IMG/VR virus record: IMGVR_UViG_3300035670_000192
Location: 1,194-65,193 of that record
Length of the DNA stretch: 64,000 bases
Direction: 5' to 3' (one strand)
From: a virus
Lineage: Duplodnaviria; Caudoviricetes
Below are positions 18,195-28,086 of the stretch, one piece after another. The first letter of the stretch is position 1, and the number at the start of each line of letters is the position of its first letter. The position numbers were made by a program, and so were the translations under genes. The notes beneath the pieces were generated by a model. That model did no database searches. It worked only from the letters and a program-made list of their open reading frames with translations, and was not told the DNA's origin.

Positions 18195-18527
18195 ATGGCA
18201 GAAACATTTAAAATTTTAGGTCAAGTTGCAGCAAACGCAACGACTACACATAACGTCTATACAGTTCCTGCTGCAACGCAAGCTGTTATTTCTTCGATTG
18301 TAATCGTAAACAGAAATAATAATGCAAACTGCACGTATCGCGTTGCTACTCAACCTGCGGGCGAAGCATTAGATAATAAGCACTATATTGCTTACGATGC
18401 TCCAATTGCAGCATTGGATACAGTCGCATTATCGCTTGGTGTCACATTAGGCAACACTGATATAATCTCTGTATATTCTGCAAATGCAAATCTATCATTC
18501 AGTGTATTTGGTACAGAGATAACCTAA
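18195..18527 (+). CDS. Small beta-rich virion structural protein
   Basis: YTVPAAT…FSVFGTEIT pattern; context among fibre genes. Confidence 0.6.
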   Translation: MAETFKILGQVAANATTTHNVYTVPAATQAVISSIVIVNRNNNANCTYRVATQPAGEALDNKHYIAYDAPIAALDTVALSLGVTLGNTDIISVYSANANLSFSVFGTEIT

Positions 18528-18528
18528 G

Positions 18529-20193
18529 ATGGGTTTTAAGACCGCCTCCTTTGTCAGCATTTCAAATATTGGATTAAATCCAACAATCAGTGTCGCTAAC
18601 ACTCGCAGACTCAATAATCCAATTTGGAATTTTAAAAAAACAATCATTGTAACATTCAAGCAATCTGGCGAATGGGTATGCCCAGAAGGTGTCAGTGAAG
18701 TTGAGTATCTCGTTGTCGCTGGCGGTGCTGGCGGTGGTGGAGATGCTGGCGGTGGTGGTGGTGCTGGTGGTTTTAGAACAGGCACTGGATTATCAGTCAC
18801 AGCAGGTCAAACATACACTATTACAGTCGGTAGTGGTGGTAGCTCTTCTAGAGGATCACAAGGTTCGAATGGAACAAGCAGTATATTTTCAACAATAACT
18901 GCTGCTGGTGGTGGCGGTGGTGGAGTGTTCATAGGTAATGGGAGCAGTGGTGGTTCTGGTGGTGGGGCTGGTGCTGGTCCTGTTGGAACATCAAGAACTG
19001 GTGGTTCGGGAAATACACCATCAACTTCTCCATCACAGGGTAATAATGGCGGAAATAGTCCAGCGCATCGAGCAATGGGTGGTGGAGGAGGAGCAGGCGC
19101 AGCTGGTGCAAATGGTGTTGATGGATCGCCATATGGCGGTGATGGCGGTAACGGCACTGCGTCGACAATTTCAGGAACATCCGTAACTTATGGTGGCGGC
19201 GGTGGTGGCGGCGGTGGTGTATTCACACCACTACTTGGTGGAGGTGGACTTGGAGGATCAGGTGGCGGTGGAAGAGGTCAAAATAACACCACAGAAGCAG
19301 TCGCAGGTACAACAAATACTGGTGGCGGCGGTGGTGGCGCAGGAATCAATAATTTTGATTTAGCAACTCCTAAAAATGGTGGCTCTGGTATTGTCATTAT
19401 CAAATATCAAATGCCACCAACAGGCGCACAAGTATTCAATTCAACGACAGATTGGGTATGTCCAGAAGGTGTCACTTCTGTTGATTATCTTGTCGTTGCT
19501 GGTGGCGGCGGTGGTGGTAAAGGTTATGCTGGCGGTGGTGGTGCAGGTGGCTATCGCACAGGCACTGGACTTGCAGTTACAGCAGGTCAAACATATACAA
19601 TCACAGTCGGTGGTGGCGGATCGGGTGGATCTGGACCATCTGTAGCAATTGGCACAACAGGTAGCAACTCAACATTTAGCACTATCACATCAAATGGTGG
19701 TGGTGGAGGCGGTGGTCCTGCTGCAGGAGCCAGTGGCGGTTCTGGCGGTGGTGGTAGTGGCGAAGTAAATGGTAATGCTAGCACTGCGTTTCCTGGCGGT
19801 AGTGGTAACACACCATCAACATCTCCATCACAAGGTAACGACGGCGGCACTGGTTCAAGATCTCCAAGTAGTGCTGCTGGTGGAGGTGGCGGAGGTGCTG
19901 GCGCAGTTGGTTCGAACGGTAACTCTGGCGTTAATGGTGGTAATGGCGGTGATGGTTCCGCTTCAACACTTTCTGGATCATCAGTGACTTATGCTGGTGG
20001 TGGTGGTGGTTCTGCATTTGCTTCACCAAATACACCAGGAAATGGTGGCACAGGCGGTGGTGGTAATGCGGTTCACGGTCAAAGTCCAGCTTCTGGTGCA
20101 TCAGGCACTGCCAATCTTGGTGGCGGTGGCGGCGGCGGTGGTAGTGGCGGTGGTGCAGGTGGCTCTGGTGTCGTCATTCTCAAATTAAACTAA
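18529..20193 (+). CDS. Glycine-rich fibre/adhesin with two tandem Gly-rich domains
   Basis: Two copies of WVCPEGV..V.YLVVAGG…GGSG.VI. Confidence 0.75.
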   Translation: MGFKTASFVSISNIGLNPTISVANTRRLNNPIWNFKKTIIVTFKQSGEWVCPEGVSEVEYLVVAGGAGGGGDAGGGGGAGGFRTGTGLSVTAGQTYTITVGSGGSSSRGSQGSNGTSSIFSTITAAGGGGGGVFIGNGSSGGSGGGAGAGPVGTSRTGGSGNTPSTSPSQGNNGGNSPAHRAMGGGGGAGAAGANGVDGSPYGGDGGNGTASTISGTSVTYGGGGGGGGGVFTPLLGGGGLGGSGGGGRGQNNTTEAVAGTTNTGGGGGGAGINNFDLATPKNGGSGIVIIKYQMPPTGAQVFNSTTDWVCPEGVTSVDYLVVAGGGGGGKGYAGGGGAGGYRTGTGLAVTAGQTYTITVGGGGSGGSGPSVAIGTTGSNSTFSTITSNGGGGGGGPAAGASGGSGGGGSGEVNGNASTAFPGGSGNTPSTSPSQGNDGGTGSRSPSSAAGGGGGGAGAVGSNGNSGVNGGNGGDGSASTLSGSSVTYAGGGGGSAFASPNTPGNGGTGGGGNAVHGQSPASGASGTANLGGGGGGGGSGGGAGGSGVVILKLN

Positions 20194-20211
20194 AAGGTAA
20201 AGGTAAATTAA

Positions 20212-20772
20212 ATGCCAGTAGAAATTACAAAACTTAAAGGTAGTGCAATTCGTTCAAACACAGTGACGAATACACAACTTGCTTCAAACATTTTACCAAC
20301 AGATCGCGTTCTTAAAACTGGCGATACCATGACAGGCGAGTTGACGATCTCGGCTGGTGGTTTAAACATGGAATCGACAACCACGATTCAACAAACAAGA
20401 GAGCGTGTGAATGTCGCTGCAGTTGCTCTAAGTGCAAATCTAACTGTTAATCTATTAGATGGTGCTGTGACTTATTTGACTTCAGATTCTACAGCAAATT
20501 GCACTGTGAATTTTAGAGGCAATAGTTCAACAACGTTAGACTCTGTATTATCAAACGGTCAATCAATGACTTCTTTGATTCTCGTCACAAACGGTGCAAC
20601 AGGTTATGTGATTGATAATGTTCAAATTGATGGCGCTAGTGTAACTCCAAAATGGTCAGGTAACACAACACCAACAGCAAATACAAATGCAATTGATGCG
20701 TTTGGTTTCACAATCATCAAAACAGCAACAAATACATATACTGTTCTTGGTTCAAAAACAGAGTTTGTTTAA
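20212..20772 (+). CDS. Fibre-associated structural protein
   Basis: VLKTGDTMTG motif; C-terminal KWSGNTTPT…IDAFGFTIIKT. Confidence 0.65.
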   Translation: MPVEITKLKGSAIRSNTVTNTQLASNILPTDRVLKTGDTMTGELTISAGGLNMESTTTIQQTRERVNVAAVALSANLTVNLLDGAVTYLTSDSTANCTVNFRGNSSTTLDSVLSNGQSMTSLILVTNGATGYVIDNVQIDGASVTPKWSGNTTPTANTNAIDAFGFTIIKTATNTYTVLGSKTEFV

Positions 20773-20784
20773 AGGATTCTGTAG

Positions 20785-21765
20785 ATGCCTCTAATTTCTA
20801 CAATCGCAAGTGGCTCAATCTCTGTAGTTGGTGGGGCTGGAATTAGAATCATCAAAAGAAAACCAGCTGGTGGCGGTGGTGCTGGTCCAATTCTCGTAGA
20901 ATATCTTGTCCTTGCTGGTGGCGGTGGCGGTGGTAATCTTGGCGCAGGTGGTGGTGCTGGCGGTTATCGTACAGGCACAGATTTTGAAGTAACGCCAGGA
21001 ACTACATATAGCATCACTGTCGGTAGTGGTGGTGCTGGAACTAACCAACCAAGCGGATATGCAGTTGGCGGAAAAGGAAATGATTCAATATTTTCTACGA
21101 TCACTTCTACTGGTGGTGGAGGTGGTGGTGGCTTTGCACTAGCAGGTGCAAGTGGTGGTTCTGGTGGCGGTGGCGCATCTCCAGCAGCTGCTGGTGGTGC
21201 AGGTAATACTCCATCAACTTCTCCATCTCAAGGTAATGGTGGTGGTTCAGGCGGTGTTGCAACACATCGTTGGCTTGGTGGTGGCGGCGGTGGTGCGAGC
21301 GCATCTGGCGCTAGTACAAGCGCGTCTCCTGCCCCTCTCGGTAATGCTGGTCTTGGTGGAGATGGGTTAGCCTCTTCAATTACTGGTACATCGGTAACTC
21401 GAGGTGGTGGCGGTGGTGGTTGTGCTGGCATTCGTGCGCCAGGCGCAGCTACTCCATCTCAACAAAGAGCTGGTGGTGCTGGTGGCGGTGGTGCAGGCGG
21501 TGGTTCAACTTTAGCAACAGCACCAGGTGGTAATGCAACTGTTAATTTAGGTGGTGGCGGTGGTGGTGGTGGATTTTATCCTGCTCCTGCACCAAGCCCT
21601 GGAGGATTCGTTGCAAGAGGTGGTAACGGTAGTTCTGGTGTAGTAATTATCAAATATGCTGACACATATCCTGCCGCTTCAGAAACAACAGGCAGTCCAA
21701 CAATTACAGTTTCAGGCGGCTTTAGAGTTTATGTATTTACTGCTTCTGGCAGCATTACTTTTTAG
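20785..21765 (+). CDS. Glycine-rich fibre/adhesin protein (paralog A)
   Basis: VEYLVLAGGGGG…GFRVYVFTASGSITF. Confidence 0.75.
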   Translation: MPLISTIASGSISVVGGAGIRIIKRKPAGGGGAGPILVEYLVLAGGGGGGNLGAGGGAGGYRTGTDFEVTPGTTYSITVGSGGAGTNQPSGYAVGGKGNDSIFSTITSTGGGGGGGFALAGASGGSGGGGASPAAAGGAGNTPSTSPSQGNGGGSGGVATHRWLGGGGGGASASGASTSASPAPLGNAGLGGDGLASSITGTSVTRGGGGGGCAGIRAPGAATPSQQRAGGAGGGGAGGGSTLATAPGGNATVNLGGGGGGGGFYPAPAPSPGGFVARGGNGSSGVVIIKYADTYPAASETTGSPTITVSGGFRVYVFTASGSITF

Positions 21766-21785
21766 TTTTTAGGAAATTAAATTAA

Positions 21786-22781
21786 ATGCCTTTAATTTCT
21801 ACAATTGCAAGTGGTTCGATTTCAGTCGTTGGTGGGGCTGGAATTAGAGTTGTCAAAAGAAAGGTTGCTGCAGCAGCCGCAGCAGGTCCAATTCTCGTAG
21901 AATATCTCGTTCTTGCTGGCGGTGGAGGTGGTGGTCGCGGTGGCGGCGGTGGTGGCGCTGGTGGTTATCGCACAGGCACAGATTTTGAAGTATCGTCTGG
22001 AACGACATACACAATTACCGTTGGTGGTGGTGGTTCTGGTGGTGTAGATTTTGTTGGCGCAGCACCGAATGGCACAGATTCAGTATTTTCAACTGTCACA
22101 TCTTCTGGTGGTGGAGGTGGTGCAAACGCTGCAGCAAAACCTGGCGCTAATGGTGGCAACGGTGGTGGTGGTTCATATAATTTAGGTAACAATGGTGGAA
22201 CAGGAAATACACCATCAACTTCTCCATCACAGGGTAACAATGGCGGTGGAGCATTTACATATACTCCTGGACCATTTAGTTCTTTGTCGTGCGTGCGAAA
22301 TCTTTCTGCTGGTGGTGGTGGCGCTGGTGAAGCTGGCGAAAGCTGCGTAAAAAACACCGTCGGTGGTGGTGGTGGTGGAACAGCAGGTCGTGGTGGAAAT
22401 GGTCTTGCTTCAACAATCACAGGATCTTCAGTTACTCGTGGCGGCGGCGGTGGTGGTGCAAGTGGCTTTCGAAATGCCCCAGCTTGCGTTATCGAACAAA
22501 GACCTGGTGGAACTGGCGGCGGTGGTCGGGGTGGTGGATCAACTGATGCAACCGTTGCGGCAACTGCTGGCGGCACCAATTTAGGTGGTGGCGGTGGCGG
22601 TGGCGGAAATTCTCCAGGTGCAGGGTTTGCAAATGGTGGAAATGGTGGCTCTGGCGTTGTGATTATTAAATATGCAGATAGTTACCCAGCAGCAGCATCA
22701 ACAACAGGTAGTCCAACAATTACAGTTTCTGATGGATTTAGAGTTTATGTCTTTAATGCTTCTGGCAGCATTACTTTTTAA
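21786..22781 (+). CDS. Glycine-rich fibre/adhesin protein (paralog B)
   Basis: Termini are nearly identical to 20785; loops differ. Confidence 0.75.
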   Translation: MPLISTIASGSISVVGGAGIRVVKRKVAAAAAAGPILVEYLVLAGGGGGGRGGGGGGAGGYRTGTDFEVSSGTTYTITVGGGGSGGVDFVGAAPNGTDSVFSTVTSSGGGGGANAAAKPGANGGNGGGGSYNLGNNGGTGNTPSTSPSQGNNGGGAFTYTPGPFSSLSCVRNLSAGGGGAGEAGESCVKNTVGGGGGGTAGRGGNGLASTITGSSVTRGGGGGGASGFRNAPACVIEQRPGGTGGGGRGGGSTDATVAATAGGTNLGGGGGGGGNSPGAGFANGGNGGSGVVIIKYADSYPAAASTTGSPTITVSDGFRVYVFNASGSITF

Positions 22782-22794
22782 TTGAGATTAAATT

Positions 22795-23814
22795 ATGAAA
22801 ACACTTGAGGAGAAAAAACTCCTAGTTAAGATGGCAAAAATGTTTGGTCAACCTGTCGATCAAGCATTGATTGAATCTATTGAAAAAGAAGAAAAACTTT
22901 TAAAGACTCTTTTTAAAGAAGAAAATAAAGAAGAACCTAAAATTATTCATTACGAAAAAGGAACGACATTCCTTAATCGTAAACCAATTATTGAAAAAGA
23001 ACCTGAACCTATTGTCATTCAAGAAAAAATTGAAGAACCAAAGGTATTGACTGAAGTTGATATGGATCGTGGTGGAGTTTCTCCGCCAAAACCTGTTGAT
23101 TACATAACGACTCCAAACAAACCAGATATTATTAAACAAACAATGGCTGCACTTAATACTGCAGCACCAAAACTCGCATCAACTCTTGAACGTAAAGAAA
23201 TAGAAGGCATCAAACGTACTCTTGCGGAAATGATGCAAAAGATCGGCACACTCTCTTGGGGTGGTGGCGGTACTGGTATTGTTAAGATTTGGGATGCTGA
23301 TGATCTTGATCGTGCAAATGCTGCTGACGGATTATTTGTTCAGTATAATGAATCGCGAAGGCAGTTTACGTTTTCTTCAGGAGCAGGTGGTGGCACTCAA
23401 GGTCCTCAAGGAGCAACTGGCGCACAAGGAGCAACTGGTGCGCAGGGCGTTCAAGGGGCAGTAGGAGCGCAAGGAGCAACTGGTGCGCAGGGTGTCCAGG
23501 GAGCAGTAGGTGCACAAGGTGATGCAGGTTCTCGCTTTTTAGCGAATACTGTTCTCGTAACAAATACAACATATACAGTTTTAGATACTGATTATTATAT
23601 TGGCGTTGATGTTGCCAATTCTGTCACAATCACAATTCCAACTTCTACAACCACAGGAAGAGAAATCGTAATTAAAGACGAGTCTGGTAATTGTGAAAAT
23701 AATGTCATAACAATTTCTGGTCCTGTTGATAATGATGCAAATGGAGTTATTTTAGCGATTAATAATGGAGGTTTGCATCTATTATATCGTGGTAATTATT
23801 GGAGAATTATCTAA
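22795..23814 (+). CDS. Collagen-repeat-containing structural protein
   Basis: About 16 G-X-Y triplets (GTQGPQGATGAQ…) before a C-terminal beta domain. Confidence 0.7.
   Translation: MKTLEEKKLLVKMAKMFGQPVDQALIESIEKEEKLLKTLFKEENKEEPKIIHYEKGTTFLNRKPIIEKEPEPIVIQEKIEEPKVLTEVDMDRGGVSPPKPVDYITTPNKPDIIKQTMAALNTAAPKLASTLERKEIEGIKRTLAEMMQKIGTLSWGGGGTGIVKIWDADDLDRANAADGLFVQYNESRRQFTFSSGAGGGTQGPQGATGAQGATGAQGVQGAVGAQGATGAQGVQGAVGAQGDAGSRFLANTVLVTNTTYTVLDTDYYIGVDVANSVTITIPTSTTTGREIVIKDESGNCENNVITISGPVDNDANGVILAINNGGLHLLYRGNYWRII
23392..23529 (+). repeat. Collagen-coding repeat with a 45-nt duplication
   Basis: ggagcaactggtgcgcaggg…gcagtagg occurs twice. Confidence 0.75.
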
Positions 23815-25103
23815 TGTCTTATTTACTTAATAAAAATGTAAATGTATTGAATGCTAATTCAATCGTTTCAACTACAAATCCATTACCAGTTACCACCCTT
23901 GGAAGCATTTATAACTCTAGTGGCAATTTAGATACGTCAAAAGACGGATTTGGACGAGCAAGAGTTGCTGAACCATTTACAATTTTTGATTCAAGTTTTA
24001 GATATAGTGATGATTCAAGAAACTGGAATGCAAACACGGCAAATAGCGGAACATCTGTATTTACTGCAAATCAATCTTTTGTTGGAATGTCAGTAAACGG
24101 AACATCAGATAGTAGAGTAATTCGCGAATCTAAAAAAGTATTTAAATATCAACCAGGAAAAAGTTTACTGACGTTAAGTTCATTTACAATGGCGCAGCCA
24201 AGATCAGGTCTTCGTCAAAGAGTAGGTTACTTCAGCGATAAAGATGGTCACTTTTTAGAAGCAAATAATACCACACTTTATCTTGTCGAAAGATCAGGAA
24301 CAACAGGAAGTGCAGTTGATACTCCTGTTATGCAATCGTTGTGGAATGTCGATAAACTTGATGGAACAGGACCTTCTGGATTGTCTGTAAATGTCGCTAA
24401 CTCGCAAATTTTCTGGACTGATACAGAATGGCTTGGTGTAGGTTCGGTCCGTGTAGGATTTGTTATTGATGGTCAATTTATTATTTCTCACATTTTTCAT
24501 CACGCAAATCGTTCAACTGGCGTTTATATGACTAGTGCAACGTTACCTTTGCGTCTTGAAATTGAAAATACATCAGCAACAGGCGTATCCTCCACATTGA
24601 AACATATATGTAATTCTGTAATGTCAGAAGCTGGTTATACTCCAAGTGTTGCAACAAGAGCAGTTTCGACTGCTTTGACTGGCGTCAATTTAAATCAAAC
24701 ATCATTCACTCCTTTAATTGCGATTCGCCTTAAGGCTGGGTTTGAAAATGCTGTTGTTGTTCCAGCGCTAGTCACTGCATGGGGTTTGCAAAACACGCCA
24801 TTTATCTATCGCTTATCTATGAATGAAACAATAACTGACGGAAGTTGGGTTTCTGCTGGATCCGAAAGTGCTGTAGAATATAATATCACATCAACTTCAA
24901 TGTCTGGTGGTGATGTTCTTATGGAAGGATTATTCGGTGGTGGCACTATCGGTTCGCATCTAACCTTAAACTTATCAGAACACAATCACAGTTATCAGTT
25001 AAGAAGAAGATTAGACGGAACTAGAGAAACCATTGTTGTTTCTGTATTAGCAACTACAAATAACGACGATTGTGTTGGCACTTTAACGTGGCAAGAGTTT
25101 TAA
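23814..25103 (+). CDS. Putative virion structural protein
   Basis: Beta-rich; DGFGRARV, YQPGKS and EWLGVGSVRVGF patterns. Confidence 0.6.
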   Translation: MSYLLNKNVNVLNANSIVSTTNPLPVTTLGSIYNSSGNLDTSKDGFGRARVAEPFTIFDSSFRYSDDSRNWNANTANSGTSVFTANQSFVGMSVNGTSDSRVIRESKKVFKYQPGKSLLTLSSFTMAQPRSGLRQRVGYFSDKDGHFLEANNTTLYLVERSGTTGSAVDTPVMQSLWNVDKLDGTGPSGLSVNVANSQIFWTDTEWLGVGSVRVGFVIDGQFIISHIFHHANRSTGVYMTSATLPLRLEIENTSATGVSSTLKHICNSVMSEAGYTPSVATRAVSTALTGVNLNQTSFTPLIAIRLKAGFENAVVVPALVTAWGLQNTPFIYRLSMNETITDGSWVSAGSESAVEYNITSTSMSGGDVLMEGLFGGGTIGSHLTLNLSEHNHSYQLRRRLDGTRETIVVSVLATTNNDDCVGTLTWQEF

Positions 25104-25104
25104 G

Positions 25105-25112
25105 AATAAATA
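25105..25112 (+). promoter_or_regulatory. Late promoter variant AATAAATA
   Basis: Intergenic, upstream of the IPT/TIG gene series. Confidence 0.55.
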
Positions 25113-25134
25113 CCCTAAAAGTCGAGGGATGTAA

Positions 25135-26562
25135 ATGGCTGGTAAGTTATCGGGTGGTGCGATTGAAGCAGGAACCATCACCACGGATCAATTAACAACT
25201 TCTTTAAGTGAAACCATTTCCTCTGGCGGTGGTCCTAAAGTCACATCATTAATTTATCCAGATGACGACACAGCCGCAAATACCATTGGCGGTCAAACAG
25301 TTTATATTAATGGCTCTGGTTTTGATTCTAATGTTACTGTTTATATTAATAATTCTGCTGTACCTTCCGTAACTTATATTAATTCTGGTAATGTTCAAAT
25401 TACCACACCAAATCTTGCCTCAGGAACATATCCGTTATATGTGATTAATCCAGAGGACGGTGGTACTGCAATCGTCAGTCCAGGTATTGTAATTTCTCCA
25501 GAACCAGTTTGGGTTACTGGAACGACACTAGAAGGTTTTTTACTTTCTTCTTCAGTCTCGAGAAATCTATCCGCAACAGGCGATGGTTCTGTAACCTATA
25601 CTCTAAAAGACGGAAGTACGCTGCCTGGTGGTTTAACATTAGCAGCAAATGGTTTATTGAGCGGAACAATCACTTCTCCACCAAATACATCAACCACATA
25701 TACCTTCACTGCTCTTGCAATTGACTCTGAAAATCAAAGTACAGAAAGAACATTCAGCATTCTTGGCTCTGCGCTGACAGCAACAGGCGGTACAGTTTCA
25801 AATATTTCTGGCTATCGTGTTCACACCTTTACGTCAACAGGTTCTTTAACTGTGACTGGATCTGGTTCCGTAGAATACTTGGTAGTCGCTGGTGGTGGCG
25901 GCGGTGGTGCTGGTCCTTATCAAGGCGGCGGTGGCGGTGGTGGTGGTCTTGTAGAAGGTTCAGTTTCATTAAGTCAAGAAACATACACCATTACAATTGG
26001 TGGTGGTGGCGCTGCTTCAACTGGCACAGGTGTTCGTGGCTCAAATACTTCTATCTCAGGTAATGATATAACATCAATTATTGGTATTGGTGGTGGCGGC
26101 GGCGCAGGTGAATTGCCATCTCCTGGTGGTGGTGCAATTGCTGGTAGTGGCGGTTCTGGTGGTGGTGGATCGCATGGATCGCCAAGCCCAGGTCTTGCTG
26201 GTGGTGCAGCCCTTCAACCAACAAGTGAATCTGGTGGATATGGTAATGATGGTGGTTTCGGTCACAGCAGCCCAGGCAATTACGTTGGTGCTGGTGGTGG
26301 TGGTGCTGGCGCAGTCGGTGGGAATGCAAGTTCAACATTAGCAGGAACTGGCGGTGACGGCAGAGCATCATCTATCACTGGATCATCAGTAACCTATGCT
26401 GGTGGTGGCGGTGGAAAGAAACGAGATGGTGCAGGTGCTGCAGGAGGAACTGGTGGTGGTGGTACTGGCGGTTCTTCTGGTGGTACAGCAAATCTCGGCG
26501 GTGGTGGTGGTTATGCCTATTCTGGCGGTTCAGGTGTAGTAATTATAAGGTATCCAGTATAA
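25135..26562 (+). CDS. IPT/TIG + Ig-like + Gly-rich fibre protein
   Basis: GGQTVYINGSGF, LPGGLTLAANGLLSGT and YRVHTFT…VEYLVVAGG. Confidence 0.75.
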   Translation: MAGKLSGGAIEAGTITTDQLTTSLSETISSGGGPKVTSLIYPDDDTAANTIGGQTVYINGSGFDSNVTVYINNSAVPSVTYINSGNVQITTPNLASGTYPLYVINPEDGGTAIVSPGIVISPEPVWVTGTTLEGFLLSSSVSRNLSATGDGSVTYTLKDGSTLPGGLTLAANGLLSGTITSPPNTSTTYTFTALAIDSENQSTERTFSILGSALTATGGTVSNISGYRVHTFTSTGSLTVTGSGSVEYLVVAGGGGGGAGPYQGGGGGGGGLVEGSVSLSQETYTITIGGGGAASTGTGVRGSNTSISGNDITSIIGIGGGGGAGELPSPGGGAIAGSGGSGGGGSHGSPSPGLAGGAALQPTSESGGYGNDGGFGHSSPGNYVGAGGGGAGAVGGNASSTLAGTGGDGRASSITGSSVTYAGGGGGKKRDGAGAAGGTGGGGTGGSSGGTANLGGGGGYAYSGGSGVVIIRYPV

Positions 26563-28085
26563 TGGCAGGTAAATTAGAAGGAACTGCGATTCAAGCAGGC
26601 ACAATATCGACAACACAATTGGCTCCTGCGCTGAGCACTGCAGTGTCATCAGGCGGTGGAATTAAGATAACAGGAATAAGTTATCCTGGTGCAAACACAG
26701 CTGCAAATACCAACGGTGGTCAAACAATTACATTAACTGGTACTGGTTTTAAACCAGGCGTTATCGTTTCAATTAATAACGCAACAGTTCCTGCTACAAG
26801 TTTTATAAATGCAAATAGCATTAGTTTCACAACACCTGCAGGTTTAGCGGCAAGAACGTTTCAAGTATATGTAACAAATACTGATGGTTCTTCGACAATT
26901 CTATTCCCAGGAATTGATATATCAAATGAACCTGTTTGGGTAACTAATTCCACACTTCCTGGATTCGTAACGCCAGGACCAATTTCTATAGATTTTAGTG
27001 CAACAGGTGATGGTGAGATCACTTATGCTTTGGCATCAGGTAGTACACTACCATCAGGGTTGACGATTGCTTCAAATGGTCGCTTTAGTGGCACAAAATC
27101 TGCAAATGCAGAATCTGACACAACCTATACTTTTGATGTAGTTGCAACTGACGCTAACAATCAGTCAACGACAAAAACATTTTCATTATCTGAAATTGTG
27201 ACTTTATCGGGAACTGGCGGTACTGTATCAAACATCACAGGTTATCGCGTTCACACCTTCACAAGTTCAGACACATTTACGATCAATGCTGGTCCAAGAA
27301 CTGTTGAGTATCTGATTGTTGCTGGTGGTGGCGGTGGTGGTGCTGGTGGTGGCGGTGGTGCAGGTGGCGTTTTAAGTGGCAATCTCACTATGAATTCTGG
27401 TGTGACTTATACAGTCACTGTCGGTGCTGGCGGTGTCGCATCATATGCTGGTAGTGCTTTTGCAGCAAGCAGCGCTGCAGTAAATGGTGCAAATTCTTCA
27501 GTAAGTGGATCAGACATTACATCAATTATTGCAGTTGGTGGTGGTGCTGGTGCAACCACAAATACTGTTTTTGGTGGCGGTTCAATCGCTGTCAATGGCA
27601 CATCATACAAGGGCGCAAATGGTGGCTCTGGTGGCGGTGGCGGTGGCAACTCAGAAGGACCAAGCATCTTCGGTAATGTTCCAGGTGGCGTTGCAGTTTA
27701 TCCAGGAAGTCCATTTATAAGTGGAACACGCCAAGGTTATAACGGTGGTGCTGGTGGTGGTTATGGTAATTCTCCAGCCGCTGGTGGTGGCGGTGCTGGT
27801 GCAGCAGGTGAACCTGCACTTTCATTTAGACCAGGAGTTGGAGGCGGTGGTACTGCTTCTCCAATTAGCGGAAGTTCAGTCACTTATGGTGGCGGCGGTG
27901 GTGGTGGATCTTATGGTCATGGTGGCTCTGCTGGTGGTTCTGGTGGTGGTGGAGCAGGCAGAGGATTTACTCAAGGTGGTTCAGCAACTTCTGGTAGCAC
28001 AAACACTGGCGGTGGCGGCGGTGGAGGAGGAGTCAGCGGTGGCTCTGGTGGATCGGGAATCATCATCTTAAGATACGCGGTGTAA
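26562..28085 (+). CDS. IPT/TIG + Ig-like + Gly-rich fibre protein
   Basis: Paralog of 25135. Confidence 0.75.
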   Translation: MAGKLEGTAIQAGTISTTQLAPALSTAVSSGGGIKITGISYPGANTAANTNGGQTITLTGTGFKPGVIVSINNATVPATSFINANSISFTTPAGLAARTFQVYVTNTDGSSTILFPGIDISNEPVWVTNSTLPGFVTPGPISIDFSATGDGEITYALASGSTLPSGLTIASNGRFSGTKSANAESDTTYTFDVVATDANNQSTTKTFSLSEIVTLSGTGGTVSNITGYRVHTFTSSDTFTINAGPRTVEYLIVAGGGGGGAGGGGGAGGVLSGNLTMNSGVTYTVTVGAGGVASYAGSAFAASSAAVNGANSSVSGSDITSIIAVGGGAGATTNTVFGGGSIAVNGTSYKGANGGSGGGGGGNSEGPSIFGNVPGGVAVYPGSPFISGTRQGYNGGAGGGYGNSPAAGGGGAGAAGEPALSFRPGVGGGGTASPISGSSVTYGGGGGGGSYGHGGSAGGSGGGGAGRGFTQGGSATSGSTNTGGGGGGGGVSGGSGGSGIIILRYAV

Positions 28086-28086
28086 A

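Noticed and set aside
18495-28071. Pro-rich minus-strand and Val-rich alternate-frame ORFs
   Set aside because: Shadows of GGT/GGC glycine runs
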